Positions 30,931 to 33,949 of a stretch of 33,949 nucleotides of DNA are shown here, piece by piece. Each line of letters begins with the position of its first letter. The first letter of the stretch is position 1. Source of the stretch: a virus. The notes under the pieces are model-generated. The model had not been told where the DNA came from. It worked only from the letters and a program-made list of their open reading frames with translations, and did no database searches. The stretch covers positions 1 to 33,949 of IMG/VR virus record IMGVR_UViG_3300025147_000009; one strand, 5' to 3'. The position numbers and the translations under genes were made by a program.

Positions 30931-33231
30931 TTAATTTAGACCTACCGCCAATTGTTGGCTTGTATTTTTTATTTGACGTGCTGTCTCATATGCGCTTAAT
31001 GGCTCAGGTGAATTAACTGTTATGTTTTGTGTTACATGAATACCTTGACCACCAGTAGCCATATAACTATCAATATACTCTTGCTGTTGGTCTTTACTAT
31101 ATCCTGCCTGTGCTAAATACCCCGCTTCTTTGCTTGCTTTCCCATACTCACTTAAATAATTAGTCATGCCTAAAGTTTGCGGAGTGTACGAAGTAGCCTT
31201 TGTTGCTCTGACCTTATTCGTTTCAGCAATTGTATTTGCAAGGTCAGCTTCAGCTATTTGCTCTTTTGTCAAATTCAAAAGCAACTCTTTGCTTTCTTCG
31301 GATGCCTCACCTTTTATTTTAACCATATCTTGATATGCAGTGGTTAATGTCAATACTTTATCTTGCTGAGAGGTATATTCATCACCAAGCATTTTTAATT
31401 TACGGTCAAGCACTTCACTTTCAGAAGCAGTCAGCCCTACAGTTTTACTCCATAAATCAAAGTCGGCTTGTGATTGCTCCATTGATTTTGATAATGTACC
31501 TACCATTTTCCCAACGGTTGAGGTGATAGCCTGCATCATATTTTGTGTCGCTGTGATAGGCTTATCTTTATTGTCCTCAATACCTTTTGCAAGACCTTGT
31601 GCTATGTAGTCACCATATTCAGCCATAAGTGTAGATGGTGAGTGGATGCCAAAGAATGCTTTAATAGCTGTGGTTATTCCACCTGTCCATTCTAAAATCT
31701 TTTTAATTAGCCAATCATTAACAGATAATATTCCTTCCCATAATCCCTCAACTAAATTTACACCAATTTTTACTATTGCGCTTATTATCTGCGGAGTTGC
31801 TTTTACAAGACCTGCTATTATTGCAAGGGCAAGTTTTAACGAAGCTTCAAGCAGTTGTGGTATCATAGGAGGTATAGCATCTATTAAAGCATTTATTACT
31901 TTTTCAGTTGCAGTAATTACTTTGTCAATATTGTTCACAAGTCCATTTACAATAGCTAAAATTAGCTTTATTGATGCATCAATTAGCAAAGGCAAATTAT
32001 CTATTAAAGCATTTACAAGTGCATCAAGTATTTTTTCAGCTGCAGAAATCATTTTATCAATGTTATTTATAATACCATTGATTATAGCGAGCACAATTTG
32101 AATACTTGCGTTTATTAGCTTATCAATATTATTGACTAACCCATCTACTAATGCAAATATTAACTTAATACCCATATCCATCAGCAAACCAATATTATCG
32201 GTTATGAATTTAACTAAAGCATCTACAATAGCCATTGCAGCGGTTATAATTTGTGGTAGATTTTGCGATATTCCCTCAATAATTTTCGTAATAATACTAA
32301 GACCAAGGCTTAAAAATTTGGGTATTTGTGCCGTGATGCCATTTAATGCAGTTGTCAAACCATTTGAAATTACAGCAACAACACTATTCCAATCTCCTGT
32401 TTTCATTGCTTCTGTTATTTGTTTTGACATATTCATAGCAAAATCAACTACCTTTTGCATAGCTGGTAATGCTCCTGCTGCTAAACTGCCACTAATACCT
32501 TTAAATGCTAATTTCAAAGCATCTATACTATCACCAAATGCATCTAAAGCAGCGATTTTCTCAGCAGACATTACTGCTCCCATATCCCTTGCCTCTTGAG
32601 ATAGCTTATTCATGCCCTCACTTCCTGCTTTTAGCATAGGATTTAATGCCATAGCAGATTTACCAAACAGTTGCATAGATAAGCTATTGCGTTCTGTCTC
32701 ATTTTTTACTTTGTTTAATGCATCAAACGCTTCCCCCATAACAACATTGCTATCCCTAAACTTTCCATCTGCACCGTTTATATGTATACCTAATTGCTTA
32801 AATGCATCAGCTTGCGCACCTGTTCCTTTTTCTGCTGCTGTCATTGACTTAATGAGCTTACTTTGTGCGCCTGTAATTGTTTCCAGTTCAACACCTAAAT
32901 TTGAGCCTGCATACTTTAATTCTTGTATTCTTTCCGCACTCATACCAGTAACGTCTGCAAGACGTTGTATTTCATCAGCATTTTCCGATGCTTTCATGGC
33001 AAATCCAACCATTGCTGTACCTGCTGCTACTGTTGCCCCTGCAGCAATTCCTACTGCTTTTGCTGCTACCCCTGCGGCTGATGCAATGCCCGAACCCCAT
33101 TTACCTGCTGTGTTTATCATATTACTCAAAGTGGTATTTGCTTGTTTACCCTTGTTATCTATACCATCAATTTTTTTGTGAGCATCATCATCTTCTATAA
33201 ATATCGAACCGAATAATTTAAAAATTTCCAT
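30931..33231 (-). CDS. Tape measure protein
   Basis: 766 aa and highly helical, with internal repeats (LVNNIDKLINASIQIVLAIINGIINNIDKMISAAEKILDALVNALIDN...) and hydrophobic Ala/Gly stretches. It follows the G/GT chaperones. Confidence 0.85.
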   Translation of the reverse strand: MEIFKLFGSIFIEDDDAHKKIDGIDNKGKQANTTLSNMINTAGKWGSGIASAAGVAAKAVGIAAGATVAAGTAMVGFAMKASENADEIQRLADVTGMSAERIQELKYAGSNLGVELETITGAQSKLIKSMTAAEKGTGAQADAFKQLGIHINGADGKFRDSNVVMGEAFDALNKVKNETERNSLSMQLFGKSAMALNPMLKAGSEGMNKLSQEARDMGAVMSAEKIAALDAFGDSIDALKLAFKGISGSLAAGALPAMQKVVDFAMNMSKQITEAMKTGDWNSVVAVISNGLTTALNGITAQIPKFLSLGLSIITKIIEGISQNLPQIITAAMAIVDALVKFITDNIGLLMDMGIKLIFALVDGLVNNIDKLINASIQIVLAIINGIINNIDKMISAAEKILDALVNALIDNLPLLIDASIKLILAIVNGLVNNIDKVITATEKVINALIDAIPPMIPQLLEASLKLALAIIAGLVKATPQIISAIVKIGVNLVEGLWEGILSVNDWLIKKILEWTGGITTAIKAFFGIHSPSTLMAEYGDYIAQGLAKGIEDNKDKPITATQNMMQAITSTVGKMVGTLSKSMEQSQADFDLWSKTVGLTASESEVLDRKLKMLGDEYTSQQDKVLTLTTAYQDMVKIKGEASEESKELLLNLTKEQIAEADLANTIAETNKVRATKATSYTPQTLGMTNYLSEYGKASKEAGYLAQAGYSKDQQQEYIDSYMATGGQGIHVTQNITVNSPEPLSAYETARQIKNTSQQLAVGLN

Positions 33232-33234
33232 ACT

Positions 33235-33803
33235 CTACCTCCTTTCTGCTTGGATTATTGGTAACAATTCTGCTTCTATTTGCTCATTAGTTAATATTGT
33301 TTTTGGTTTGAATGTCTTAATTTCATTGCTAAAATCCTTATAGCTTTGAGGTTCTAATTGACCTATTTCCATATAAGGATATTTGCTTATCCACATATCC
33401 CAAATAACAACATTTGCTTCCTTTTCAAGAGCATATTCAAAAAGGCTTTTAAACTCTTGCAAAGGTAAATCACTTATACTTTGATAGTCATAACACTTGC
33501 CAAGTAATGCTATTATGCGTGGATATTTTACTTGACGGCAGACTTGAAAAAACTTGTAATGCCCTCATCTGCAAATATCTCTGTGAACGTAGAAACAAGG
33601 TCTAATTCCTGTGCCTGCTCAGTTGTAACATTTTTATAGTCAGCTATAAGCTGTGTAATTTCAGCTTCTGCCTTATGTGCTTTTTTTAGTAATTGCATAA
33701 TCAAATCTGCACCTAACTCCTGTTGTGATTTACCTGCATTTATTTGTAAATCCATTTTGTCAACGATTTTGCTAATTGTATATGCTTGCTTAACTTTGAG
33801 CAT
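33235..33803 (-). CDS. Tail assembly chaperone GT-like fusion made by a -1 programmed frameshift
   Basis: The 0 frame (33528-33803) ends ...ITSFFKSAVK*. The slippery T_TTT_TTC sits 7 codons before the stop. My hand translation of the -1 frame (FFQVCRQVKYPRIIALLGKCYDYQSISDLPLQEFKSLFEYALEK...) is open and joins ORF 33235-33462. The frame arithmetic (coordinate mod 3: 0 to 1) agrees. Confidence 0.7.
33528..33803 (-). CDS. Tail assembly chaperone (G-like, 91 aa)
   Basis: It lies between the major tail and tape measure genes. GGGAGGA lies 6 nt upstream of ATG 33803. Confidence 0.7.
   Translation of the reverse strand: MLKVKQAYTISKIVDKMDLQINAGKSQQELGADLIMQLLKKAHKAEAEITQLIADYKNVTTEQAQELDLVSTFTEIFADEGITSFFKSAVK
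33546..33552 (-). promoter_or_regulatory. Slippery heptamer UUUUUUC for the -1 ribosomal frameshift
   Basis: Plus-strand gaaaaaa at 33546-33552. It is in X_XXY_YYZ register with the G reading frame. Confidence 0.65.
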
Positions 33804-33825
33804 TACTATTCCTCCCTAATAATTA

Positions 33826-33849
33826 AAAGAGGGCATTTAAGCCCTCCTT
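33826..33849 (-). terminator. Rho-independent terminator/attenuator after the major tail protein gene
   Basis: Minus RNA AAGGAGGGC-uuaaau-GCCCUCUUU (9 bp including one G-U pair) followed by UAAUUAUU, 16 nt after the TAA at 33866-33868. Confidence 0.6.
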
Positions 33850-33865
33850 GATGTTTGTTTTATAT

Positions 33866-33949
33866 TTACGATACTGTTACTGTGCAAGTGGCTATAATAC
33901 CACCGTCAAGAGAGATACACGATATTACAGATGTTCCAGCTGCAACACC
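33866..33949 (-). CDS. C-terminal end of the major tail protein (same gene as 1-778; 33889-33949 duplicates 1-61)
   Basis: Reading across the junction gives ...GGIIA-T-CTVTVS then TAA at 33866-33868. The frame is continuous with 1-778. Confidence 0.8.
   Translation of the reverse strand, partial: GVAAGTSVISCISLDGGIIATCTVTVS
33889..33949. repeat. 61-bp terminal overlap, copy 2
   Basis: Identical to 1-61. Confidence 0.97.

Larger units (their letters stand above)
1..33949. mobile_element. Complete temperate siphovirus-like phage genome, circularly closed assembly (unit length 33,888 bp)
   Basis: Lysogeny, early/replication, packaging, head, tail and lysis modules are all present with no host-like flanks. 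Bases 1-61 equal 33889-33949 exactly and the join restores one ORF. Confidence 0.85.

Noticed and set aside
31646-33181. Several long plus-strand ORFs (31646-32101, 32132-32599, 32612-33181, 32988-33200) opposite the tape measure gene
   Set aside because: They are low-complexity, Ser/Ala/Ile/Phe-rich shadow frames of a repetitive helical gene. They have no SD sequences and conflict with a well-supported 766-aa minus ORF.
1-33949. Search for tRNA, rRNA, tmRNA, CRISPR, reverse transcriptase/DGR, toxin genes and transposases
   Set aside because: I found no cloverleaf-like intergenic sequence, repeat-spacer array or RT, transposase or toxin motifs while reading both strands. The intergenic space is too small apart from the regions already described.

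Overview
This window is a complete, AT-rich temperate siphovirus-type phage genome, not a chromosomal fragment. Bases 1-61 repeat exactly at 33889-33949, and joining them restores one continuous ORF (the major tail protein), so the true unit length is 33,888 bp and the assembly is circularly closed. Nearly all genes lie on the minus strand in one early-to-late direction. The order is: Cro-like gene; an array of small early genes; an HUH Rep-like / PcfJ-like / DUF3102-like / VRR-NUC module; a sigma-r4-like late regulator; a ParB-domain DNA methyltransferase; HNH, a GC-rich putative cos region, TerS and TerL; portal, protease and HK97-fold capsid; head-tail joining genes; major tail protein; G/GT chaperones with a -1 frameshift; tape measure, Dit, Tal-like and fibre genes (one collagen-like); two exported proteins; two holin-like proteins; and an amidase endolysin. 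The plus strand carries only the lysogeny module (XRE-type repressor, zinc-ribbon membrane protein, small arm-type-like protein, large serine recombinase) and two small ORFs embedded antisense in the early operon. The best candidate for something undescribed is that early region (about 18984-20650). It holds two perfectly identical 72-bp promoter/RBS cassettes that fire against the lytic early operon. Each drives an unrelated small ORF convergent with a small minus-strand gene, and the region also carries repeated leader sequences including a relic of the cro 3' end. Other leads are a promoter-plus-terminator unit that would make a roughly 70-nt antisense RNA upstream of the HUH Rep-like gene, an exported protein pair coupled to the fibre gene, an endolysin with a phosphodiester-glycosidase-like C-terminal domain, and a structured anti-SD leader before the packaging genes. 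All family names come from reading motifs by eye. No database search, folding or statistics were run. The host is probably a low-GC Bacillota (Clostridia-like), but that is only a guess.
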